DNA of 64,000 bases from Candidatus Poriferihabitaceae bacterium (GTDB lineage: Bacteria; Pseudomonadota; Gammaproteobacteria; Arenicellales; Poriferihabitantaceae): the NCBI GenBank assembly GCA_965214625.1, contig OZ243962.1, forward strand, positions 2,413,278 to 2,477,277, written 5' to 3'. Below, in pieces: positions 36,029 to 45,028 of this stretch (the first letter of the stretch is position 1; each line of letters opens with the position of its first letter). Made by a program: the position numbers and the translations under genes. The notes below the pieces were generated by a model that worked only from the letters and a program-made list of their open reading frames with translations, made no database searches and was not told the origin of the DNA.

Positions 36029-37276
36029 ATGATTAAGCCGCTGGAACTATTTATCGGTTTGCGGTATACGCGGGCCAAGCGGCGCAATCATTTTATTTCC
36101 TTTATCTCGGCGACCTCGATGCTGGGAATCATTCTCGGGGTGTGGGCGTTGATTACGGTCATGTCGATCATGAACGGTTTTCACAAGGAATTGAGAGACC
36201 GTATCTTGTTTGTGGTCTCTCATGTCACCGTGAGTGGTTATGATGGCCTGTTGGACGATTGGCAATCGGTATCAAGGATCGTGGCCGACCATCCCCAGGT
36301 GCGCTCCCAGGCACCGTTTATCCTCGGTCAGGGCATGTTGACCAAAGGGAAACAGGTCTCCGGCGCACTCATACGGGGGATTGATCCGGAACGGGAACGG
36401 TCGGTGTCCGACGTGTTGAATCATATCGTTGAGGGCAATCCGGACGCACTCAAGGCCGGACGGTTTGGCATTATCCTTGGCAAGGGTCTGGCGGCCAGGC
36501 TGGGGGTTTCTGTCGGCCAGAAGGTAACCGTGGTGGCACCCAAGGGGAAAGTGACCCCGGCCGGTTTACTGCCGAGACTGAAACGGTTTACCGTTGTCGG
36601 CCTGTTTGAGATCAATATGTATGAATACGACAACGGGATTGCGCTGGTCCATCTCAGTGATGCCGCCCGGTTATTGAGTATTCAGGGGCAGATCAGCGGC
36701 TTGCGTTTGAAACTTGAGGATGTGGAACAGGCACGGACAGTGCGCTATCAACTGGATGAACAGCTGGGGACGCACTATCGGATCCGTGACTGGACGCTTG
36801 AACATGCCAACTTTTTTCGTGCACTGGAAATAGAAAAACGGGTGGTGTTTATTGTCTTGTTGTTGATTATTGCGGTGGCCGCTTTCAATATCGTTTCGAC
36901 ACTGGTCATGATTGTCACCGACAAGCAGGCGGATGTGGCTATTCTCAGGACGTTGGGGTTGAGCCCTGGCAGTATCATGAAGGTGTTCATGGTGCAAGGA
37001 ACGGTGATCGGCGTGGTCGGTACGGTGTTGGGGGGAGGGCTGGGTGTCATCACGGCGCTCAATGTGGAGACACTCATTCCGGCACTTGAAACTTTTTTCA
37101 AAACGGAGTTGTTTCCATCCAATGTCTATGTGATCAGTGATTTTCCGGCGGAAATGCGATGGTCGGATGTGATGCGTATCGTCATTGCCTCATTGGGGAT
37201 GAGCTTTCTGGCGACGGTCTATCCGGCCTGGCGGGCGTCGAGGCTGCAACCGGCGGATGCCCTGAGGGATGAATGA
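36029..37276 (+). CDS. Lipoprotein-releasing ABC transporter permease (LolC/E family; the only Lol permease in the locus, possibly LolF-type)
   Basis: 415-aa ORF. N-terminal ELFIGLRYTRAKRRNHFISFIS motif, a large periplasmic loop, and a C-terminal FtsX-like 3-TM bundle. ATGA overlap with lolD. Confidence 0.85.
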   Translation: MIKPLELFIGLRYTRAKRRNHFISFISATSMLGIILGVWALITVMSIMNGFHKELRDRILFVVSHVTVSGYDGLLDDWQSVSRIVADHPQVRSQAPFILGQGMLTKGKQVSGALIRGIDPERERSVSDVLNHIVEGNPDALKAGRFGIILGKGLAARLGVSVGQKVTVVAPKGKVTPAGLLPRLKRFTVVGLFEINMYEYDNGIALVHLSDAARLLSIQGQISGLRLKLEDVEQARTVRYQLDEQLGTHYRIRDWTLEHANFFRALEIEKRVVFIVLLLIIAVAAFNIVSTLVMIVTDKQADVAILRTLGLSPGSIMKVFMVQGTVIGVVGTVLGGGLGVITALNVETLIPALETFFKTELFPSNVYVISDFPAEMRWSDVMRIVIASLGMSFLATVYPAWRASRLQPADALRDE

Positions 37277-37965
37277 TACCGGGGACTGACCAGGCGGTGA
37301 TTGAGTGTGCCGCGGTAACCAAAACCTTTTCCGAGGGCAATTTGAGGGTGGATGTGCTCAAGGGTATCAGTCTGCGTATTGGACAGGGGGAACAGGTTGC
37401 CATTGTCGGTGCATCGGGTTCGGGTAAAAGTACATTGCTGCATATTCTCGGGGGCTTGTCGAAGCCCACCACCGGTGAGGTGCGGGTGGATAACCAGGCT
37501 ATCAATACGCTCTCGGAGGCCGCACTGGGCCAATTGAGGAATCAGGCGCTGGGTTTTGTTTACCAATTCCACCACCTGTTGCCCGAGTTCACCGCGTTGG
37601 AAAACATCGCGATGCCGCTGTTGATTCGAAAGACCGCTGTCCGTCAGGCCTTCCTTCGTGCAGAGCAATTGCTCAAACGAGTCGGATTGTCTGACCGGAT
37701 GGGTCATAAACCGGGGGAACTGTCCGGCGGCGAGCGTCAAAGAGCGGCCGTCGCCCGGGCAGTCGTCACCCAGCCGAGCTGTATCTTGGCGGATGAACCA
37801 ACGGGCAATCTCGATGCAAGCACTGCGGATTCCATCCATCAACTGATGATCGAGTTGAATGAAGAGAATCGTACCAGCCTGGTGATTGTGACCCATGACA
37901 TGGCGTTGGCCGGAAAAATGGGCCGCATGGTCCGCATCGAAAATGGTCTTGTCACAGAGGAGTGA
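37273..37965 (+). CDS. lolD: Lipoprotein-releasing system ATP-binding protein
   Basis: 230-aa ORF. Walker A GASGSGKST, signature LSGGERQR, Walker B ILADEPTGNLD. Directly follows the Lol permease gene. Confidence 0.9.
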   Translation: MIPGTDQAVIECAAVTKTFSEGNLRVDVLKGISLRIGQGEQVAIVGASGSGKSTLLHILGGLSKPTTGEVRVDNQAINTLSEAALGQLRNQALGFVYQFHHLLPEFTALENIAMPLLIRKTAVRQAFLRAEQLLKRVGLSDRMGHKPGELSGGERQRAAVARAVVTQPSCILADEPTGNLDASTADSIHQLMIELNEENRTSLVIVTHDMALAGKMGRMVRIENGLVTEE

Positions 37966-37979
37966 TCGGTTGCCACGAC

Positions 37980-38005
37980 CCGGGGCCTGATTTCGAAGGC
38001 CTCGG
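37980..38005 (+). terminator. Hairpin after lolD (9-bp stem including one G-U pair, 8-nt loop)
   Basis: CCGGGGCCT-gatttcga-AGGCCTCGG, 15 nt after the lolD stop. A T-rich stretch follows only after 12 nt. Confidence 0.35.
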
Positions 38006-38011
38006 CGTGTA

Positions 38012-38041
38012 CTTGCTTATTGTTTTTGCCATCCCCATATA
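38012..38041 (+). promoter_or_regulatory. Sigma32 (RpoH) heat-shock-type promoter upstream of lon: CTTGCT-15 nt-CCCCATATA
   Basis: CTTGCTT at 38012-38018 and CCCCATATA at 38033-38041. Compared with the consensus CTTGAA-N13-15-CCCCATNTA. Located 43 nt upstream of the lon ATG. Confidence 0.6.
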
Positions 38042-38083
38042 TCAGCACTGATTGCCTATCAATCTCGGTTTTGCCTGTTAATC

Positions 38084-40453
38084 ATGAATACACAAGATAC
38101 CAATGACACCGTGAAGGATCTGGCACGACCGGAAGATGGCTTGCCTGCGGTGTTGCCCTTGTTGCCGATGGAGAAAAAACCGTTCTTCCCGGGCCAGGTA
38201 CTGCCGGTGTTTTTGAATACAAAACGCTGGAAAAAAACACTGAAGACGATTTTCAAGTTGAAGCATGAGGCACTCGGGGTAGTGTTTACCGATGGCGTGA
38301 GCCCGGATGTGGTGAAGGCCGCCCATTTCAGGAATGTCGGCACGGTCTGTCGGTTACATAATGTCGAATTGGATGAGGATCATGTCCGACTCGTTTTAGG
38401 TGGCCTGCAACGTTTTGAGATCAGCCAATGGGTCTCCGAAAAGAGACCGTTTTCAGCCCAGGTCCGTTATTTTCCCGATCCGAGGGTCAAGGAAACCACC
38501 GAAATCAAAGCGTATATCACGGCGATCGTCAACATTATCAAGGAACTGTTGCCATTAAATCCGATGTATGGCGAAGAATTGAAAATGTCCCTGAATTACT
38601 TTGGCACCGGGGATCCGGCGCGACTGGCTGATTTCGGGGCCAGTCTGACGACGGCCAATGCGAATGAAATGCAGGAGATTCTGGAAACGTTTGACCTTGT
38701 GCCAAGGATGGAGAAGACACTGATCCTGCTGCAAAAAGAGGTCGAGATAGCCAGAGCGCAGACGGAGATACGCCAACATGTCGAGGAAGAAATCACCCAG
38801 CATCAACGGGAGATATTCCTGCGCGAGCAACTCAAGTTCATCCAGATCGAACTGGGTATTTCAAAAGATGACCGAACATCGGAAATGGAAGCGTTCAAGG
38901 CCAATTTGACCGGATGCGTCATCCCGGCACCGGTGCAGAAAAAGCTGGACGAGGAAATGACCAAGATAACGGTACTGGAAAGGGGGTCGCCAGAATACAC
39001 CGTCACACGGAATTATCTCGATTGGCTGACCAATGTGCCTTGGGGGAAATTCAGCACGGATTCACTTGATCTGGACAAGGCGGCGGTCGTGCTCGACAAA
39101 GACCACGAGGGACTGGATGAGGTTAAGGAACGTATCCTTGAGTTCATCGGCGTCGGCAAGATGAAAGGAGAGATATCAGGTTCCATCATGTTGCTTGTTG
39201 GCCCTCCGGGTGTCGGTAAAACCTCCCTGGGCCGCTCGATCGCCAGTGCCTTGGATCGGACGTTTTATCGCTTTTCTGTCGGGGGTATGCGAGATGAGGC
39301 CGAAATCAAGGGCCATCGACGAACGTACATCGGTTCGATGCCCGGCAAATTCATCCAGGCATTACGGGAATGTGGAACCGCCAATCCCGTCATCATGCTC
39401 GATGAGGTTGACAAGATGGGGATGTCCTACCAGGGGGATCCGGCCTCTGCGTTGCTGGAGGTGCTCGACCCCGAGCAGAACAGGGATTTTCTTGATCACT
39501 ACCTGGATGTCCGCGTGGATTTGTCGAAAGTGTTGTTTGTCTGTACGGCCAATCAGATCGATACGATCCCGACCCCGTTACTGGACCGCATGGAGACCAT
39601 CCGCCTCTCGGGCTATCTCTCGGCCGAGAAAGTGGCCATTGCAAGAAAGCACTTGCTGCCGAAGCAGCTGAAACGGGCCGGACTCAAGCAACGGGGGCAA
39701 CTTCGCATCGATACTGCTGCGATCCAGCAGATCGCGGAAAAATACGCCAGAGAAGCCGGTGTCAGAAAACTGGAGAAGTTGCTTGGCACGATCGCCAGAA
39801 AAGCCGTCATGAAAATTCTCAAGGAGAATGTACCGGTGCATGTCAAGAAAAGTCAGTTGAGTGACTATTTGGGCAAACCGGTCTTTACTGACGATGATCG
39901 TATCGGCGGAACCGGCGTGGTAACCGGGCTTGCGTGGACGGCGATGGGGGGGGCGACCCTGGATATCGAGGCCACTCGCAGTCATCAGTTTGCCCGGGGT
40001 TTCAAGCTGACCGGCCAACTCGGTGATGTCATGAAGGAATCGGCCGAAATTGCGTATAGTTATGTGGTCGGCAATGCGAACAGGCTGGATATCGACAAGA
40101 CATTCTTTGAAAAAGCGATGATCCACCTGCATGTGCCTGCCGGGGCGACCCCTAAGGACGGGCCGAGTGCGGGGATTACCATGACCTCGGCCCTGGTGTC
40201 GTTGGCGAAAAACAAATCGGTCAAAAAATCGTTGGCAATGAGCGGGGAAATTTCCTTGACAGGACAAGTTCTACCGGTCGGTGGCATCAAGGAAAAAATC
40301 ATTGCGGCAAGAAGAAACAAGATCGGGACACTGGTTCTGCCCAAGGCAAATCAGGGCGATTTTGAGGAACTCCCTGACTATGTCGTCAAGGGAATCAAGG
40401 CACATTTCGTGTCTGATTATCATGAGGTGTTTCCCCTCCTGTTCAACCGATAG
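38084..40453 (+). CDS. lon: ATP-dependent Lon protease (LonA type)
   Basis: 789-aa ORF with the LON N-domain (PLLPMEKKPFFPGQVLPVFL), AAA+ Walker A GPPGVGKTS, Walker B MLDEVDK, and the protease domain PKDGPSAGITMTSALVS (catalytic Ser). Confidence 0.92.
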   Translation: MNTQDTNDTVKDLARPEDGLPAVLPLLPMEKKPFFPGQVLPVFLNTKRWKKTLKTIFKLKHEALGVVFTDGVSPDVVKAAHFRNVGTVCRLHNVELDEDHVRLVLGGLQRFEISQWVSEKRPFSAQVRYFPDPRVKETTEIKAYITAIVNIIKELLPLNPMYGEELKMSLNYFGTGDPARLADFGASLTTANANEMQEILETFDLVPRMEKTLILLQKEVEIARAQTEIRQHVEEEITQHQREIFLREQLKFIQIELGISKDDRTSEMEAFKANLTGCVIPAPVQKKLDEEMTKITVLERGSPEYTVTRNYLDWLTNVPWGKFSTDSLDLDKAAVVLDKDHEGLDEVKERILEFIGVGKMKGEISGSIMLLVGPPGVGKTSLGRSIASALDRTFYRFSVGGMRDEAEIKGHRRTYIGSMPGKFIQALRECGTANPVIMLDEVDKMGMSYQGDPASALLEVLDPEQNRDFLDHYLDVRVDLSKVLFVCTANQIDTIPTPLLDRMETIRLSGYLSAEKVAIARKHLLPKQLKRAGLKQRGQLRIDTAAIQQIAEKYAREAGVRKLEKLLGTIARKAVMKILKENVPVHVKKSQLSDYLGKPVFTDDDRIGGTGVVTGLAWTAMGGATLDIEATRSHQFARGFKLTGQLGDVMKESAEIAYSYVVGNANRLDIDKTFFEKAMIHLHVPAGATPKDGPSAGITMTSALVSLAKNKSVKKSLAMSGEISLTGQVLPVGGIKEKIIAARRNKIGTLVLPKANQGDFEELPDYVVKGIKAHFVSDYHEVFPLLFNR

Positions 40454-40587
40454 ATATATGACTGCTCGTGAAATAGCATCAAGTAAAATACGACATCTTA
40501 GAATTGCGTTGACAGGAAGAAGGATACACCTTTGAGGTCGGCTTTTAGTATGATAAATTATCCGGGACAGTTTGATTTGTGAGGATT

Positions 40588-41019
40588 ATGATGAGTAAGG
40601 TGGGTGACATTCTGGATTCCAAACCTCAGGTAATCTGGAGCTTGCGTTCAGACCAGTCGGTATTGGATGCCTTGAGGCTGATGTCGGAGAAGGGAATTGG
40701 TGCCATACTGGTGATTGATGATGGAAAACTGGTTGGTATTTTGAGTGAGCGGGATTATGCCCGTAAGGTCGTGCTGGATTCACGTTCCTCGTCATCAACA
40801 TTGATCGGCGATATCATGACCTCTCAGGTGATGTGTGTTGATCGCAGCGACAGCATCAATGAGTGCATGAGCATCATGACCCAAAGAGATTTCCGGCATC
40901 TGCCGGTACTGAAAGGTGACGAGGTGTTGGGGATGGTTTCAGTGGGCGATTTATTGAAGCGAATTATCAATGAACAGCAATCCACGATCGAGCATCTTGA
41001 GCAGTATATCAGCGGATAG
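40588..41019 (+). CDS. CBS domain-containing protein
   Basis: ORF 40579..41019; ATG at 40588 with GAGGA upstream. Two CBS repeats (GIGAILVIDDGKLVGILSERD; FRHLPVLKGDEVLGMVSVGD). Confidence 0.78.
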   Translation: MMSKVGDILDSKPQVIWSLRSDQSVLDALRLMSEKGIGAILVIDDGKLVGILSERDYARKVVLDSRSSSSTLIGDIMTSQVMCVDRSDSINECMSIMTQRDFRHLPVLKGDEVLGMVSVGDLLKRIINEQQSTIEHLEQYISG

Positions 41020-41133
41020 CATGGTCCAGCTATCGCTTTTCATCGGTCGAGAATTTCCACAGGTTCCAAGTTTCTCCCGACGACGTGCACAGCGCCTGGC
41101 GCCCAACCCTCCCTCCCTCCCGAGGAAGTCGTG

Positions 41134-42105
41134 ATGATCAGACTTGTACGTGATGTGGTCGCGGGAGCGATCATGCTGGGACTTGCACATGGCGCCATCG
41201 CCACGGAGACATGGGACATGGCGACACCCTATGGCGACAGGGATTTCCATACGACCAATATCCGTGCCTTTGCTGAAGATGTCGAAAAAGCGACAAGTGG
41301 GGCACTCAAGATCACCGTGCACAGTGCCGGGTCTCTGGTCAAGCCTTCTGAAATCAGAGATGCGGTACGCCGTGGCCTCGTTCCGGTCGGCGAAGTGCTG
41401 ATGTCGCAGAACGATGATGAAAACAGCGTGTTCGGGATCGATTCACTCCCATTCCTTGCCACTGACTACGATCAGGCAGGGAAGCTTTGGGAAGCCAGTC
41501 GTTCGGCAGTGACCAACAGGCTCGAAGAGCAGGGCCTGCAATTGCTTTTTACGGTGCCGTGGCCACCCCAGGGTCTCTATGCAAATCGGGAGATCAGGGC
41601 TGTCAACGACCTCGCGGGTACGAAGTTCCGGGTCTACAATGCCTCAACGGAACGTATCGCACAACGTGTCGGCGCGATTCCGACACGGGTGGGGTTTTCC
41701 GAGATACGTCCCGCTTTTTCCAGCGGTCGTGTGGATGTCATGATCACTTCGTCCACAACGGGTGTCAATACGAAGATCTGGGACTATGTGTCGTACTTCC
41801 ATCATATCCAGGCCTGGCTCCCAAAAAACATGGTGATTGTCAACAAAAAAGCACTAGCGGATCTTGATGACGATGTACGCAAGGCGGTACTTGCTGCGGC
41901 ACACCAGGCCGAGGTGCGCGGCTGGGCGGCAAGCCAGGCAGAAAATGCGTCGAAAATCGCCACCCTGAAACGTAACGGCATGACTGTCATCAAACACAAT
42001 GCCACTCTCTCGGAGGGGCTGGCAGCCATCGGCAAGACGATGGCCGAGGTGTGGGCTTCACGGGCTGATGAAGCGGGTCGGGCTGCGCTTGCCGCGTACC
42101 GTTAG
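41134..42105 (+). CDS. TRAP transporter solute-binding protein (DctP family), orphan
   Basis: ORF 41131..42105; ATG at 41134 after GAGGAAG. Signal peptide and a DctP-like pattern (..TNIRAFAEDVEKATSGALKITVHSAGSLVKPSEIRDAVRRG..). No intact dctQ or dctM follows. Confidence 0.75.
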   Translation: MIRLVRDVVAGAIMLGLAHGAIATETWDMATPYGDRDFHTTNIRAFAEDVEKATSGALKITVHSAGSLVKPSEIRDAVRRGLVPVGEVLMSQNDDENSVFGIDSLPFLATDYDQAGKLWEASRSAVTNRLEEQGLQLLFTVPWPPQGLYANREIRAVNDLAGTKFRVYNASTERIAQRVGAIPTRVGFSEIRPAFSSGRVDVMITSSTTGVNTKIWDYVSYFHHIQAWLPKNMVIVNKKALADLDDDVRKAVLAAAHQAEVRGWAASQAENASKIATLKRNGMTVIKHNATLSEGLAAIGKTMAEVWASRADEAGRAALAAYR

Positions 42106-42139
42106 TAAGCTAAGGAGCGATCGACCAACAAGGAGGACG

Positions 42140-42178
42140 ATGGGATTTTTCGGGAATGCATTGCTTTTATCGCGGTAG
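42140..42178 (+). pseudogene. 12-codon stub at the position of a TRAP small-permease (dctQ) gene
   Basis: A strong SD (AAGGAGG) 3 nt before the ATG at 42140, then MGFFGNALLLSR-stop. Downstream sequence has no TM-like reading frame. Confidence 0.45.
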
Positions 42179-42365
42179 ACTGTAGGGTCTGACCGGCTTT
42201 TCTGCTTTTGTGATATTCATCCGCAAATCAAAACAGGTTGGAGTCCGTGATTGCTGGTTCAGATTGATCCTACCATGCAAACGGGGCAGGTGTTCAGTCG
42301 TTTCCAATTTTACTTTGAGTCTGTTGATCTGAGAATACAACCGACGTGTCGGTGACCGGCTCGGT

Positions 42366-43331
42366 TCAATCGGTAACTTTGTCGATATGCGATCTGCGCC
42401 TGTTTCCGTTTCCCTGGTTGATCAAAAAAAGGCCGACAATCAGAAAAACGGCACTACCCCAGATCCAGATATCCGGTGTCTCATCGAATATGAGGATACT
42501 CCACAAAACACCGGTAAAAGCCGTGATATAACTGGCTTGGGAAGTGAATACCGGACCCGTTGTCCGGATCAATTCAAAATAAAGATAAATATCGACCAGC
42601 CCGATGAGCGCGATCGCAAATATGGCCGCTATTCCACTTGCGGGTGCATCCAAAATCAATATCGGCTCAGCATAAAAAAGAGACACGGGTAACATCAGCA
42701 CAGTGGCGAGCAGAGCTTCTCCACAGGCGATTTGAATCGCGTCAGTGTTCTTCGGCCAGAATTTTGATACATAATTTTCATGTAGCGCATACGCAACGGG
42801 GATGCCGAATGCGACACTGGCCCAGAAAAAACTGATAGAAAGATCGGTTTGTCCTGCCGGGAACAAAATGAGACACACGGCAATCAGACCGAAAAAAATT
42901 CCGATCATCCTGAACCGGTTGATCGTATCCGTTTTAAGGAGAGCGGCGATACATAATGTGAAAAGGGGAGTGGTGGTTGCGACCAGGGTCAATATGCTTG
43001 CAGGCAGATTATCGGCTGCAAATATTTCCAGCACAAACGGAACCAGATATCCTAACAGGCTGCACACCAGATAAAACCGGAAGCTGGTCGTGGAAAACAG
43101 CGGTAATTTTTGGCGGAACAGACTGATGATGACCAGGCCCACCATGACCAGGATGCTGGAAAGAAGCAGAATATTCCAGTAAGAGATGCCCGATTCGACG
43201 ACGACTTTGATCAGGGAAAAATACAGTCCCCACGTGGAACCCAAGATGAGTAATGAAAGGTAGGCTTTCATTGCGAAATTATACCGGGAAGTTGTCAAAC
43301 GATTTGTCTCATCCGTTTCTTTGGATGCCAT
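42366..43331 (-). CDS. EamA/DMT-family transporter
   Basis: 321-aa polytopic ORF. The ATG at 43331 is preceded by AAGGA; the alternative ATG at 43271 (MKAYLSLLILG...) has none. Visibly more A/T-rich than neighbouring genes. Confidence 0.72.
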   Translation of the reverse strand: MASKETDETNRLTTSRYNFAMKAYLSLLILGSTWGLYFSLIKVVVESGISYWNILLLSSILVMVGLVIISLFRQKLPLFSTTSFRFYLVCSLLGYLVPFVLEIFAADNLPASILTLVATTTPLFTLCIAALLKTDTINRFRMIGIFFGLIAVCLILFPAGQTDLSISFFWASVAFGIPVAYALHENYVSKFWPKNTDAIQIACGEALLATVLMLPVSLFYAEPILILDAPASGIAAIFAIALIGLVDIYLYFELIRTTGPVFTSQASYITAFTGVLWSILIFDETPDIWIWGSAVFLIVGLFLINQGNGNRRRSHIDKVTD

Positions 43332-43601
43332 TGATATCCTTTTCGATCAATCCTTCATTCAAACAAGTGTTCGGTATCGGTTGGAGACCAGTCAGGTATT
43401 GTATGGATGCAGAGTGTCCTTGATCACTGTACAAGAGTTATCCAACGAGAAAGTGAGCCTCATTATGAGAACCTTCCCACAAAGCCCCAGAACGGCGATT
43501 TGGGGATCATCGGGGGATGATCGTGAAATGACACAGCAACGTGTACAGACGGTGGAAGGGCCCCGTTCGTTCCTGACCGGAGCCGCCACGTTTGATTTTG
43601 A

Positions 43602-43815
43602 CCCCAGTCCTGCGAAGAGTCCGATCAATGGCTCACCAAGACACTGTACCAGTTGAGTTATTCTTCGCTCAGCAAGGCCGACCAGGGGGTGGTAAAGACT
43701 TTACTTTGGAGAAGGTCAGCGACCTGTCCCGTTCCTAGGTTCCCCGATTGATCGGCCAGTACCGACAGCACGGGTGCATCCGCGATCGCGCCACGGGTCG
43801 CCTGACGGAGTTTTG
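43602..43815 (+). mobile_element. Decayed transposase/integrase N-terminal (HTH) fragment
   Basis: ..DQWLTKTLYQLSYSSLSKADQGVVK, then a frameshift near 43696, then DFTLEKVSDLSRS-TAG(43736)-VPRLIGQYRQHGCIRDRATG. This resembles the ..L.YaSLgKADkGvV..yLeKvtGlSRaQvtRLI.qyr.tG.I.dR.. N-termini of DDE integrase/transposase proteins recalled from memory. No catalytic domain follows. Confidence 0.5.
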
Positions 43816-44280
43816 TCTATCAGGTGGGGTTCCCTCGAAGTACGGATTTGAGTCCTTGTGTCGGATGTCTGCACCAAGCACTAGCGTGGTGCGACCATTC
43901 TTTGTCATGGAAAAATTGATAGACTAAATTCTTGTGTATGGTTCCTTCCGCTAGTTGAGATCTTTCGATTTCAATTTCAGGTCACTTCATGTCGACGCAC
44001 GTCCGCAACAATCTTATCCGCCAACAACCGTATGTGTATAACGTCATGACATGCCTGTAGCCGAGTTAATTCGAGTGATGACTTCATCATCAAGTCTATC
44101 GAAGGTGACAGATGAACGCAGCGTTGACTCCATAGCGTGATCACTTTCCCGGATGATTCGGTATAATCTACCGTTTGTCCTGATTGCCAGAGGATTGCCC
44201 GGAATTGTTTTACGGATATGAGTAGGTCGTCAAACCAAACGGGCAAAATCGGATACACTGACGGGGGATATTCACATAAC

Positions 44281-44889
44281 ATGCCGTTGAGTCATTGTCA
44301 GTATTGGATTTTCGACATGGATGGCACGTTGACACAGCCGGTCCATGATTTTGATTCCATCCGCGGCGAATTGGGTATCGGAAAAGGGGTTCCCATTTTG
44401 GAAGCGATTGAGAAAATGCCGTCAGCAGAAGCAAAATGGGTCACGATGCGTCTCAATCAGTTGGAAATGGACCTGGCTTACCAGGCGGTGGCCCAGCCCG
44501 ATGCCGAAGACATTCTTGAATTACTGGAAGCGTCTGGGAAGACGCTGGGTATTTTGACTCGCAATAGTGAAGAAATTGCTGATGTTACCCTCAAGGCATG
44601 CGGCCTTGATCGGTTTTTCCCATCAAAATTCATTATCGGAAGAGAAACCTGTGCGCCAAAACCGAGCCCCGAAGGAGTACTGTATCTGCTGGATTTGTGG
44701 CAGGCGCCAAAGGAACGCACCGTGATCATAGGAGACTACCGATACGATATGGAAGCAGGCTATTATTCGAATATCAATACCGTTCACTTGGATCACAGCG
44801 GATTATTTGAGTGGCCTCAATTTACCCTTCATGGTATTCGTTCATTGAATCAACTGCGCCCATTGGTGCAAGGGACCGCTATCCTTTGA
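44281..44889 (+). CDS. HAD-superfamily hydrolase (phosphatase, subfamily IA-like)
   Basis: ORF 44218..44889. ATG at 44281 gives MPLSHCQYWIFDMDGTLT (DxDGT motif I), LTRNS (motif II) and IGDYRYDMEAG (motif IV). Confidence 0.75.
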   Translation: MPLSHCQYWIFDMDGTLTQPVHDFDSIRGELGIGKGVPILEAIEKMPSAEAKWVTMRLNQLEMDLAYQAVAQPDAEDILELLEASGKTLGILTRNSEEIADVTLKACGLDRFFPSKFIIGRETCAPKPSPEGVLYLLDLWQAPKERTVIIGDYRYDMEAGYYSNINTVHLDHSGLFEWPQFTLHGIRSLNQLRPLVQGTAIL

Positions 44890-45028
44890 ATTTGATTGGA
44901 ATGTTGGTGTCTGGAGTCGGGGCAACCGTGACCATGACCGGTTCCCTGTCGATGGATGCCTGTGAACTGTATTGATCAGAGCGGTTATATTCGTGTTGGC
45001 GATTAACTCAAACAGGTCATCTAGTACC

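Noticed and set aside
37219-37896. 225-codon ORF antisense to lolD
   Set aside because: A shadow ORF opposite a canonical ABC ATPase gene, with no independent support.
39578-40267. 229-codon ORF antisense to lon
   Set aside because: Same reasoning: it is embedded in the Lon AAA+/protease region and is low-complexity and Arg/Gly/Pro-rich. It is a shadow ORF.
43977-44282. 101-codon minus-strand ORF between the transposase remnant and the HAD gene
   Set aside because: Its 5' part overlaps the HAD gene start region. It has no SD and I recognise no family. I mention it only as part of the 43.3-44.3 kb scar.
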